The notes beneath the pieces are model-generated. The model did no database searches. It was not told the DNA's origin and was given only the letters and a program-made list of their open reading frames with translations. A DNA stretch of 63,339 bases, counting the filler, from Saprolegnia diclina VS20 (lineage: Eukaryota): assembly GCF_000281045.1 (NCBI RefSeq). It is 5 parts of 2 records of this genome, joined end to end, with 100 filler letters (N's around TTAATTAATTAA, not from the genome) between each part and the next. Parts side by side here need not be neighbours in the genome. Positions count along the whole stretch, not along the records: positions 1 to 18,552 come from NW_008246098.1; 4 more parts are not named here. One strand, given 5' to 3'. Below, piece after piece: positions 1 to 11,433 of this stretch (the first letter of the stretch is position 1; each line of letters starts with the position of its first letter). A program made the translations under genes and the position numbers.

Positions 1-1748
1 TCTACATTTTTCATTTTGTCGGTTTCTGCATTTGATTGGACCGGTAGCTTGCCGAAGCACCGCAGTTGCACCCCCGTGGACCTGTGTTTCATGACACTTG
101 GCGTCATGCAACACGTCTATTGCAGATCCATGAGCAACTTGTGGGCCTCGCACCCAGGGCACGAGTTCGAATAAGGAAGCTCACATTAGAACCTCATTGA
201 GCGAGCCCTGCGCTGGTGTAAAAACGAGGCGTCTTGGGTGCGGCGACAACGTCGCCATGGACGACCGTCGAGCGGCGAAGATGAACTCGTGAAAACGTCC
301 AGCATGGCGTGGTTGACGACGTGGCAGAGAAGACAATACATTTACTCTCGACGAGTATTTACGCCACGTGTACGATCTAGCACAGTGACCGCACACCGCA
401 CACATATGTTTACGTGGGCTGCCCGTAGCTCGCACACTCTTCCGCTCAATCTATGTTCCAGTATAACCTCTCGGGCCACAATGCTGGAGCGACGACAGAG
501 CATTGGTCCAGAAAAGCATGCGCACCGTAGCGTAGCTGCGGTAGAGTGTTGGCTTTTGTGCAGGCCGTGCCTTGGCAAGAAGCGAGCCTGGCCTTTCACG
601 TTTGAAGAACTCATTATCGATGGGTTGCCCAGGAGGAGGCGGGTGGGCTTGCAGGCCGCTTTGGCTTGCTTTGCTGTCCGGACCTTTGTTCTTCTGTTCT
701 TCTGACTCCATATTTGGCGCGAAAATGTCTTGTTTGAGGGATTGTACGATAACATCGAACAATACGAAGAAGTAGATATTAACTTATTTTCTCAAGCTAA
801 TAAGAAAGTTGTGTTCCTACCAGCCCACTCCCCCGCAGCCTAGTGTAGTATGACCTCGTGTCCTTGTCCGTTCACTCTTTTGAATCGATGACGCACCAGA
901 CGCAAAGGAGCCAACGGATGCCAGCGTGTACCCGGGATGTGTGACGCGTCATACGTAAGCCTGCTCGATCATGAACGGGCGGCTCTGGTGTGTCGGGGGC
1001 AATCCACCGCGTTGGTTCCACCCAAAGCACTGCGACGTTTATGCCTACGCGTTATTAGTATTCTAGTCCTTACAACGCACAGCTATTCTATCTCAACAAG
1101 TATGTATATTTGGATTGTAATTGTCCGAAGAAGGGATTGAGTCTAAAGACTTGAGTTTGCCCTTTTGTCACGAAACGCGACGCCGACGGTTTCGCACCAA
1201 CAGCTGTTCCTAGGTATTTATCCATATCGTCTCAATCGCCTCTTGGCATCAAGAGGCTCCACTCGCCACACCCCATACACCAGCTCATAAACGATGCTAA
1301 CTTTAACGTTACAGTACATTGTAGATGCGCCCCTCCCTACTAGTTTCAGAGCTGCTATATAACAAAATGTATATCGTCTGCACGAGCCTTCCGTTGTCAT
1401 ATCGAGCTGTCGCCATGGCTTACAACACCTCGGTTCGGCCCATACTCTTTGGCCCACACTCGGGATGTGATATCATAAAGACTCCAACCACCTAGCTGCG
1501 CTCCGCGACGTGCGTCCACTGTGTTGGATGAATGCTGATCGATGCCGTGTGTACTGCTCTGCATGATTGCACGCAAAATGAGACGCTGTGGAGAATGCTG
1601 CCACGGGATCGGGTGGCCAGCTGCTTGCGGTTTTCAATTCGTGAGATTCCAGAGTCGCGGCCGATGCAGCTGGCGTATCGCAGACAGCGACAGCGGCGAC
1701 GTGTCCTTCGTCCACTTTGAGAGTACGCAGTCTATTTTGCAACTTGCT

Positions 1749-3581
1749 ATGGGCGCTACCGTCCTCGTCGTGGGCCTCTTGCTCACCGTCGCCGTCGCGC
1801 CTGTCGCTGCGGTCGTTGCAACAATTTACCTCGAGGCCAACTACAGCGGCTTGTCGCTCGATATGGACATCTTTAGCGGCAACACGAGCCTGCCGTGGAC
1901 GCTCGGAATTGCGTCCCTGCGCATCTTGCCAGGGTACGAGCTCGTGGGGTATGACGCACCGGCGTTTCAAGGCTACTACATGGTTTGGGACGCCGACGCG
2001 CCGTCGCTCGGGTCGCTCTGGTCGTCGCGCATCCTGTCGTTCAAGATTCGCAGCGCAACAAACGACCTCGTGTTGGCGCCCAACAACCTCCAAAACGTCG
2101 TCAACGTGTACCAAGCGAGCAAGTTTTCCGGTCAAATGCGGTCATTGCCCCTCGGAAAAGATACTTTCAACTCGCCGCTGGCGCGCGCCGTCATGTCGAT
2201 CAAGGTCACGCCGGGATACCTCTTTGTCGCGTACGACGGGCCTGACCAGTCGGGCAAGTCGACGTCGTTTGCGGCCGACACGGGCGATCTCGCGGCGTGG
2301 GACGCTCGGATTCTGTCGTACGACCTTCGCCGAATCTCCAATGCGACCGTGACGCCTGCAACGCTCGTGCCACCGCCGCGCCCGTCGACGACACCGGCCC
2401 CGACGTCGACCAACGACGAAGCGACCAACTGTACGTCCTTGTTGCATGCGCTGCGACTCGTTGACGACGATGCATGATGTAGACACAACCATCATCATTG
2501 CATGCACGGCCGCTGTCGTTGTCGTTGTCGGTCTCGTCGGTCTCTGCTTGTTGCGCCGCATGAAAGCTGCGAAAGCCAAAGGCCCGTCGTCTTCCCAAGG
2601 TGCTACATCGCGCCACAGCCAAGACGAGAGTGCGTCACTGGCCATCTCGTTTGACGCCATTTACAAGCTTGCGTTGGACGGCTCGCTGTTGTCTCTTCAG
2701 CAGCTCATTGGCTGTGGCGCGTACGCCGAAGTGTGGCGAGGCTCGTTCCAGTCGCAGCCTGTCGCGGTCAAGACGCTGCTCTCAAACCGCGCAACGAACC
2801 AAGGCATCCAAGATTTTGTGCACGAGATTGCACTCATGGCCAGGTATTTCATTCCATATTTCAAATGTCGTAGTCGACTTTGAACTAGCTTTGACTCGCC
2901 CTACATTGTGCGCGTCCTCGGCGCGACGTGGCATCGTCCATTGGACCTCAAGTGCATCATGGAACTCATGAACCTCGGGGACCTCAAAGACTATCTGGCG
3001 CATCATTCGAGTTGTGCATATCCGTGGAGCCAGAAGCTCCGATCGATTCAAGCCATTGCCAATGCACTGGTGTATTTGCATTCGCTCAACATCATTCATC
3101 GCGATCTCAAGTCCCGAAACGTGCTCCTCGACTCAAAAAAAGGCACCAAAATCGTTGATTTTGGCGTCTCGCGTGAAGACACGAACGCGACCATGACCAC
3201 GGGCGTGGGCACGTTTCGGTGGATGGCCCCCGAGGTCCTTCAGGACAGCTACTACAGCGTCGCTGCCGACATTTACTCGTTTGGTACTACATTGATTGAT
3301 GGCAATGTTGCAATTTGACGTATGAATGATTAGGGATGGTGCTCTCGGAATTTGACGCGCACCACATTCCGTACCAGAATGTGAAAAATACCAAAACTGG
3401 CCTTCCGCTGGTCGACACAGCCATCATCGGCGCCGTCCTTAACGGTGCGCTCCGACCCGAGTTTTCGAGCTCGTGCCCTGCGTCCATCCGCGACCTTGCG
3501 CTCCTGTGCTTGGCCCACGACCCGGCCAACCGCCCCACCGCCTACCAAATCGCAGTCATGCTCAAGGAGATCCAGTTGTAG
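1749..3581 (+). CDS. Receptor-like TKL protein kinase: signal peptide, two beta/gamma-crystallin-like domains, Thr/Pro stalk, TM helix, kinase (4 exons)
   Basis: MGATVLVVGLLLTVAVAPVAA signal; crystallin-like repeats (IYLEANYSG...IASLRILPGY...YDAPAFQG and VYQASKFSG...VMSIKVTPGY..AYDGPDQSG); TM IIIACTAAVVVVVGLVGLCLL followed by RRMK; kinase motifs GCGAYAEV, VAVK, HRDLKSRN, DFG, WMAPE, DIYSFG; GT-AG introns near 2431-2482, 2844-2889, 3284-3333. Confidence 0.9.
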
Positions 3582-4173
3582 ACCAGACGACGACTAATAT
3601 TATTACTTCGTACTATTTTGCCAGACAGATTGTTTTCACCCTGCATAACGTCGTCCCGCCGTACATAAGTATCGGCGGTCTTGCTTGCAGACGAAATCCC
3701 ATTTCCACGCTTCTGATTGGCTATGTGAGATATGTTTATGGCCAATCCGAGGTGAGCCGTCCACCGGCGTCGCCGATCCAAAGCGCTCGAATCGCAAATT
3801 GGCGTTGAAAACTCGATTCGCTTCAACTTGGCCCATTGATAGTAGACACCTTGGAGATCATGAAATGCTACACCGCATGCTCGAGACGTGAGCAGGGCAT
3901 ACTTTATTCGCGCAATTACTTCTTGCGGCATGTGCCACTAATAAATGTATGATGCCACATCTAACAGCGAACGGGAAACCGCAGCGAAATCTCGGCCAAA
4001 AAGTTTAGGAATGAGCCAAATATTCCCCTTGTGTGTTTCTCAATGGTCAACAGGTAAGTGTGTACATACTCCAAACGTTATGTGGGAACGCAAGAGGACT
4101 GCAAATTTCGAGTCCGCAATCACGCTTGAGGCGTTTTTGGCGTATCACAAAACAAAAAGTTCAATCTCTATTA

Positions 4174-5731
4174 CTAGTATTCGCCTTGGATTGGATAGTG
4201 CACTTGACCAATCGTCCCCGTTTCTTCCGACTCATAGCCCGAGTCGTCGGCCTCGTCGTCGCCGTCATAGAGAGCGAGTGCTGCCGCCGTCGCGTGCGCA
4301 TCATCCACCAGTGCTTCGGGTGTTATGTGCTCTGTGCGCGGGAAGCCCGCGGCCTTGAACTTTGGTAGCACCGCTTCCCGAAAGTACGTGTGGGGGATGA
4401 CTTTTTTCAGCGCTTGAACGGCCTTGGCCTTGGTCACGTCGTGCGCCAAGAGGTATGAAAGGACATCGTTCCGGTCGCACGTGGCCGCAAAGATCATGCC
4501 GCTGTACGTAAACCCTTCCGAGCGTTCGGCGAGGAGAAATTTCACGATACTCAAGTGGCCTTGATCGGCAGCAAAGTCGATCGCGCGCGTCGTGCAGCCT
4601 TCGTGGCGGTGCTTGTGCAAGAATCGCACCATGGCTTCGTTGCCCTTGTACGCCGCCCCGTCCATCGCCAGCGTCGACCCGCCCTCGCGGCGGTGTTGAA
4701 TGAGAAAGTCCAGAAGCGGGCGGTTGCCGTGGATCGCAGCCGCGTCAAACGCCAAGGTTGTGCAGCCTTCCGTTCGGTTGAAATGGAGAAATTTGACAAT
4801 CTCGAGGTGGCCAGCGCATGCCGCGGCGTCCATTGCCATTGGTGTACAGCTGGCCTTTTGCTTGTGTAAGAAATTGACTATGTGGCGGTGGCCCTTGAAT
4901 GCTGCCAGATCCATCACATGTGGAGGACATGGTGCGTGGCGCGTTGTGATCAAATACCGAAGGAGCCCGAGGTGACCAAAGCGCGCCGCATACAACGTGG
5001 CCTTTTCCGGCGTCTCCAAATGCGGGTAGTGCTTGAACAGAAACGCAATCGTGTCAAGATGATGCTTCCGCATGGCGCCTTCCAGGGCTTTTGAAGAAAT
5101 CCCGCTGCACTCCATCTCGTGGAGGAAGCGAAGGACGCTGAGATGGCCGTATGACGCCACTCGGTCCATGATCAAGTGGGAACTACCGACGGTAAAGTTG
5201 GCCATGCCCGCAACATCGACGCCTTTTTCATACACAAGGTACTGCAACAAGCCAAGATGACCGCCGAGCGCCGCCGCTGTCGCCAGCGTCTCTTTGGCCT
5301 GTAGAAAGGGTGCGAGCTCGTCCAGCCACAAGTTTTCCATGGGCGCCGACAGGAGCGCAGAGGTGTAGAACGGCTTGGCACCGGCGCCTTGGTTTGGATA
5401 CAGCTCCTTCTCGTACCAGAGCAAGACGCCCAAGGGCTTGGTTCGGACGTAGAGCAAGTCCTTGACAAGTGCGTACATGCGCCGCGACCGAATGAGGCGC
5501 ATCTCGGAGCGATCGAGCTCGGTGTACTTGTGTGGGAGCGTGACGAGGTCGCCGCGCCAGTCGGACCGGAACGCGCCGGCCCAAATGCTTCGCTTGACGT
5601 CGTACCACGCACCGGAGTCCATGGCGTCCTTGTCGATGCGCCCGTTGATCCACTGTGTGAGTGGGCCAGCATACGCAAAAATCAGGGCGTAGGTCGACCA
5701 CGTTGGCCCAGTACGTCGTCGTCGTATGCAT
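4174..5731 (-). CDS. Intronless oomycete-type ankyrin-repeat protein with an apparent frameshift near 5686
   Basis: Repeated EGCTTxAxDxAAxxGHLxIVxFLH units in ORF 4174-5844; the likely ATG at 5731 (MHTTTTYWANVVDLR) is out of frame with LIFAYAGPLTQ. Confidence 0.8.
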
Positions 5732-5963
5732 CTGTGCTCGTCGATGGTTTTCTTAGAATGACCACCGACGTGTCGACCGATAGGCTGGCTTATTATCAAG
5801 TAGCAACAAATTATCAAGTATGAGAATACATCAAGTAGCCGCACTAGTTATCCGGACAATGGTCGCATTGTAGTCCCATTTTGATGCGACTCTTGGCCAA
5901 ATAAACGCGACAACCAACGCTATTGTTGCACAAAATTGTCTACAGGAACGTCGACCGATGTTT

Positions 5964-8900
5964 TTACAAGACCAGAAAGCCCGTGCGGCTGGTTTCACTC
6001 AACCGATCCGTGGTCTCGAGGTTTGTGTTGCGGAGCGTACTGCCGTTCTGCGACCGGTTCCGGCTCACGGCCGAGCGCGATCGCGACCGAGCCCGCTCTT
6101 CGAGTTGCTACACAAGGCCCTCGTTAAGCGCCCAAGCCAGCGCGAGAACGTACACTGCGGTTGTCGAGGTTGCGCGTCAGACGCAAAAGCGCGGCTGACG
6201 TCGACACGTCGTCTTTACTACTCATCGCACGCGAACCAAACCGAATCGACCGGTTCGTCGGCGACTGCCGCGAGTTGGCGAGCTCTCCAAACACTGAGTT
6301 GGGCTTGAAGAGCAGCTACACGAATGAACCCTAAACCCTTGTACAGACTAGAAACACGCAACGTTACCTCGTTGTACGTGCCCTGCTCGACAATCTCGCC
6401 GTTCTGCATGACAAAGATCGCGTCCGCGTGCTGCGTCGTCGCAATGCGATGCGTGACCGAGATAATCTAGACCAAACAACATGGATAAATCCTCTATAAC
6501 TCCAAACGCAGAAATGAAATGTGTACCGTCATATGCAGCGAGCGCACGAGCTTCTCGAGCGTCTGCACAATGCTGGCTTCGGTCTCCGGGTCCAGCGCAC
6601 TCGTGGCTTCGTCGAGCAAGAGCAGACTACAAGTAGCAGTGTATCAGTGTATCAACCAAAAAGATCGAAAAATATATACCTCGGCTGCCGCACGAGCGCG
6701 CGGGCCAGACAAATGCGCTGGATCTGGCCGCCACTGAGGTTGACGACCGCGTGCTGCCCAATGATCGTGTCGTAGCCGTCCTTGAGACCGTCCACAAAGA
6801 CGTGGCACTCGGCCAGCTTGGCGGCTTCCAAGCACATTGCACGGGTCGCGCCGTCCCGGCCATACCTATCCACATGCATCGTAAAGGCCATCCGACAGCA
6901 AAGAGGAAGAGCGTACGCAATGTTGTCGAGGATCGAGCCGTTGAGAACACCGCCGTCTTGAAACACGACCGCGGTCTGGTCGGCGAGACTCGCCTTTGAG
7001 TAGTGTTGCGTGTCGTACGAGTCGAGGCGCAGCGTGCCGGCCGAGATCGGGTAAAACTGCATGAGGCAGCCGAGGAGCGTGCTCTTGCCGCAGCCACTCG
7101 GACCCACAATGCACGCGTACTCGCCCTAGTCCATTTNNNNNNNNNNNNNNNNNNNNNNNNNNNNNNNNNNNNNNNNNNNNNNNNNNNNNNNNNNNNNNNN
7201 NNNNNNNNNNNNNNNNNNNNNNNNNNNNNNNNNNNNNNNNNNNNNNNNNNNNNNNNNNNNNNNNNNNNNNNNNNNNNNNNNNNNNNNNNNNNNNNNNNNN
7301 NNNNNNNNNNNNNNNNNNNNNNNNNNNNNNNNNNNNNNNNNNNNNNNNNNNNNNNNNNNNNNNNNNNNNNNNNNNNNNNNNNNNNNNNNNNNNNNNNNNN
7401 NNNNNNNNNNNNNNNNNNNNNNNNNNNNNNNNNNNNNNNNNNNNNNNNNNNNNNNNNNNNNNNNNNNNNNNNNNNNNNNNNNNNNNNNNNNNNNNNNNNN
7501 NNNNNNNNNNNNNNNNNNNNNNNNNNNNNNNNNNNNNNNNNNNNNNNNNNNNNNNNNNNNNNNNNNNNNNNNNNNNNNNNNNNNNNNNNNNNNNNNNNNN
7601 NNNNNNNNNNNNNNNNNNNNNNNNNNNNNNNNNNNNNNNNNNNNNNNNNNNNNNNNNNNNNNNNNNNNNNNNNNNNNNNNNNNNNNNNNNNNNNNNNNNN
7701 NNNNNNNNNNNNNNNNNNNNNNNNNNNNNNNNNNNNNNNNNNNNNNNNNNNNNNNNNNNNNNNNNNNNNNNNNNNNNNNNNNNNNNNNNNNNNNNNNNNN
7801 NNNNNNNNNNNNNNNNNNNNNNNNNNNNNNNNNNNNNNNNNNNNNNNNNNNNNNNNNNNNNNNNNNNNNNNNNNNNNNNNNNNNNNNNNNNNNNNNNNNN
7901 NNNNNNNNNNNNNNNNNNNNNNNNNNNNNNNNNNNNNNNNNNNNNNNNNNNNNNNNNNNNNNNNNNNNNNNTCGAGCGTCATCAAGTAGATAAACCCGAC
8001 CGAGATCGACACGACAGGATTCAGAAAGTTCTACGCACCGTCCGCCTTGATACATTGATACACACAAAACGAGCAGTACCCAAAACACGGCTTGCCACAT
8101 GGCGTTGACGCGCGCAATGTCAGCTTGGAAGAGGTTGTTGAGGTCGCCTTCGGACCGGTCGTGGAAGAAACTCGATGGCTGCTGCAAAATGACGCGCAGC
8201 AATGACGTTTGGAGGTGCTTGGTCGCGCGCGAAATGAGTTTGGACTGGAAAAAACCTAGTACAACAATCGATAAATAAATCGACTAAAATCGACTAAAAT
8301 CAAAGATATACCCATGGCATAGTCGGCAGCGATAAAGGGGACGCAGATCGCCAAAATACCAATGATACCCGTCAGAAATGAATCGTACGCGATAAACTTG
8401 AGATCGACTTCTTCGTTGTTGGCGCCGCGCGTCAAATTTTTGAATTTGCGCGACACGCCAAGCTTTTGCGTGCCCGTGAGCATCCCCGTGCTATAGTCCC
8501 AGTCGGGCACGATGGTCTTGTTGACGTACGACGGGAATGCTTCGTCCGTCAGTAGCTTGAGGTAGAACGAGAGCAGTGGCACAATCGCCGCCGAGACGCA
8601 CACGACAAGCATCGTCGCGAGCAGGAACCAGCGCTGGTTGCTCCTACACCACCCGAAAACACTGCATTTAAAAAACAAATTTTCGCGGGATCGAAGCACG
8701 TACCAGTGCTTGAGCGTGGACGCCATGACCTCGCGGATGCCGTACGCTGCATGATCGGCGAGCTGGACTTGCTGAAAATGCGACAAGAACGCACTGGCCG
8801 TCATCTTGTTGGGCCGGAACGCATACGCCCGCTCCACAAAGGTCATGAAGGCTTCGGGGAGCATGTAGCCGTCGTCGGCGCCACATAGAATGCGCAGCTC

Positions 8901-9685
8901 CGTCTCCATCTTCTCGACCGACGCCTAATCTCGATAGATCGATACGCTGACAACAGTATCCAAAAGATACCGCGGAAATGGATGGTAGCTGGCGGATCGA
9001 ACCCCGCAGCGACGCGATCGAGACGCGGTCCGGCTTGGCCGAGCGATGCAGCTTCTTCGAGTACGTTCGCGCCGGTGGCTTGACAAGGATGCGCAAGACA
9101 ACGAGGAAGCAGTACGCGAGCGCGATGTCGGCTTCGTACAGCTGCAGCTTGTATTTTTTAAAGATGTGCCACTTGTCGACGTAGCCGTCCGTTGTGATCG
9201 CAGCGCCTTGGATCTTGTCGGCAAAGACGAATCTACGCATCTACCATGACAATACCATCGCAGATAGATGGCTACCGGCAGGCGAGACAGGCGCAGAGCA
9301 GCAGAAACGCGATTGCATCGACGAGGTTCGCTCGCGATGCGACGAGCTTGCGTCGCAGGCCCATGGTCCGCAGCGCGAGGTCGACGGCCTGCACGAGCAG
9401 ACAGGCCGACGACGCGAGTCGCAAGTACAGACTTCCGTCCGCGTATGTTTCGGTCGACGTGGCTGCAACGCCAAGGCAGTTGGCGACAAAGTCGAGCACG
9501 AGGATGCACACGATCGAGTAGTGCCAGCCGCGGGCGTCGACGAGGCGCAAATACCGGCGCTGGTCTTCTGGCAGCGCATGGCCCGACGATGGATCTAGTC
9601 ACATGCACCGTGATGGCAGGCAGTCGCAGCGGTAGCTCGTACCCGAGGCAAGCTCGACAAACGAGGCGACGACTGGCGTCGGCAT
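5964..9685 (-). CDS. ABCB-type half ABC transporter with N-terminal voltage-sensor-like domain and EF-hand-like segment (copy 1; middle lies in N-gap 7137-7971)
   Basis: Walker A GPSGCGKST, Q-loop AVVFQD, signature LSGGQ, Walker B LLLLDEATSALD, H-loop SVTHR; N-term WHYSIVCILVLDF / VQAVDLALR / NLVDAIAFLL / VLRILVKPPAR; predicted ATG 9685, last exon ends RTGFLVL* at 5964. Confidence 0.88.
6275..8352 (-). repeat. Left arm of ~2.1 kb near-identical inverted repeat (partner 12648-14757)
   Basis: Visible exons and introns nearly identical to the reverse complement of 12648-14757 (e.g. intron tatatctttgattttagtcgattttagtcgatttatttatcgat), with scattered substitutions. Confidence 0.9.
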
Positions 9686-10565
9686 GGCGGCGGAGTCGCA
9701 AAATGATCGGCAAGAGCCAGTTGCGAGATCGCTGTGACGCATGGTCATCCGGATACGCAAACGGCAATCTCGACGCAAAGGGGCCGTGGCACGACCCCTT
9801 TACGTGAAAGACAGGCGGTCCCCCGGATACGAGCCGTGTCAAAGGGCAAACTCGACATGGATACTGGCGCGTCTACGCCGACTCGGGCTGCGCTGATGCG
9901 CGTGAGGTGTTATGACTAGACTTTAGTCAAGTGCCCTCAGACCGCACGACCAGTGACGTCTTCGGCGCACGACCATTCCAACCGTTCGGCTCCAGTCCAA
10001 CCGGTTTGGATTTTAGCCTTGTCGATCCTAACCCGCCAACACCACTGCTGATGGCTAGCGGTCAATCGCGTCGCCTCTTGCCCCACTCGAGCGTCGTACA
10101 AGGCGACAAAGAGGCTGACGCAGGAAGGATCGAAGTGGGGACCAGAGCCAGCAAAGCCCGACCAAACGCAGTATTGGCTATTACATGTTGGTCGGAAACA
10201 ACCATGCGACGGAACTCTGTGCGTTTGAACAAGTTCAGCGTTATTAGAAAGAACACTGTAGCTATCGATGCTGTTGTTAGCTTTTGCGAGCACGGCTGTG
10301 ACTCGATACTTGGATTCGTTGGGCTGACGGTCGTTTCTGAAGCGTTCGAAGCGAGCTGCTGCATCTTGTGTTCGGCAAAGTTGCCGCTGGTGTTGAAGCG
10401 CTGGGTCGTGTCTGCTCGTACCGCAGTATTTAGTTCGATGTTATACTATAATGTTATACCATGCACGATGCACAACATGACGATCTCAGTGGTGGCGCCC
10501 GTCGTAGTCGGCCCCAGCGCGGCTACATGAGTTTTTGCCCTCCGGATGGACGCGAAGAGTCGATA

Positions 10566-10622
10566 GGCGAGATAGTCATTTTGCATTTAGCCGTTCGATA
10601 AATGCAAAATGACGATCTCGCC
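10566..10622. repeat. Hairpin/inverted repeat: 24-bp arms (1 mismatch), 9-nt spacer
   Basis: ggcgagatagtcattttgcattta-gccgttcga-taaatgcaaaatgacgatctcgcc. Confidence 0.95.
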
Positions 10623-11130
10623 AACAATCGACCCTTTGCGTCCATCCGGACGGCAAAAACTCAACTTCCTTGCTGCGCCGGAAAGTACCACGTCAATGAA
10701 ACCCCAGCGACTGGGGTCCGCCACAGAACCCAGTGCTGGTGCCCACTCGCACGGATTCAGGCGCAGCGCTACTTATGCTTCAAGTTCGTTTTTGCAAATT
10801 TGATTCAACCCGAGAACGTTGGATGAACCAATTCACCAAACGCACGTCGAAGGGAGCCAGTGGACGTGGACATAAGATGTGATTGGTGCCAACAGAAAGG
10901 CGGCACTGTTTCCCACGTCCAGGCGCCATTTCTCACACGAAGCAAATGGCGCAGGGAGGACCCGATCAGGGACCCGATGGTGCATGATGGACCATGTACT
11001 TGGTCCATCCTCTCTCTCTCCGACGGTGTCGTCGTCTCTATATATCGTATTACGAGCTAGCGCTAACTACGCTTCTACGCGTCCGATATCCTACTTGGTC
11101 GCAGTGCGACGCTTGCCAACGACCCGCGCA

Positions 11131-11168
11131 AAACACACATAAAACACATAACACACATAAAACACATA
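11131..11168. repeat. Short 9-bp tandem repeat (about 4 units of aaa/cacacat)
   Basis: aaacacacataaaacacataacacacataaaacacata. Confidence 0.7.
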
Positions 11169-11433
11169 GTGGGGCACGATCCGGCGGAGTGTATTCATCA
11201 TTTCTTCCGCCAAAGACAACTTACATGGTCCGAGGTCGCGGCTCGTCGGCGCAAGTCCTTCTATAGTGCTATAGACTCTCCACCGACTAGTGATTAGTGG
11301 AGGCGTTGCAGCCGCGTCGACGAGCGCATGGACGGTGTGCTGTATGTGGGAAATGTTGGATTTACCACCTGCTTTTGAAAAATCCGACCAAGCCAGAGAC
11401 ATGGTTGGAATATAGCAGAACTGAGTTTGCCCC

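Noticed and set aside
181..1457. Several 60-155 aa ORFs at the window start
   Set aside because: No motifs and weak codon bias; treated as intergenic or decayed sequence.
6627..8202. Long ORFs running through N-gaps (also 58731-59876)
   Set aside because: Length is inflated by X residues from the gaps.
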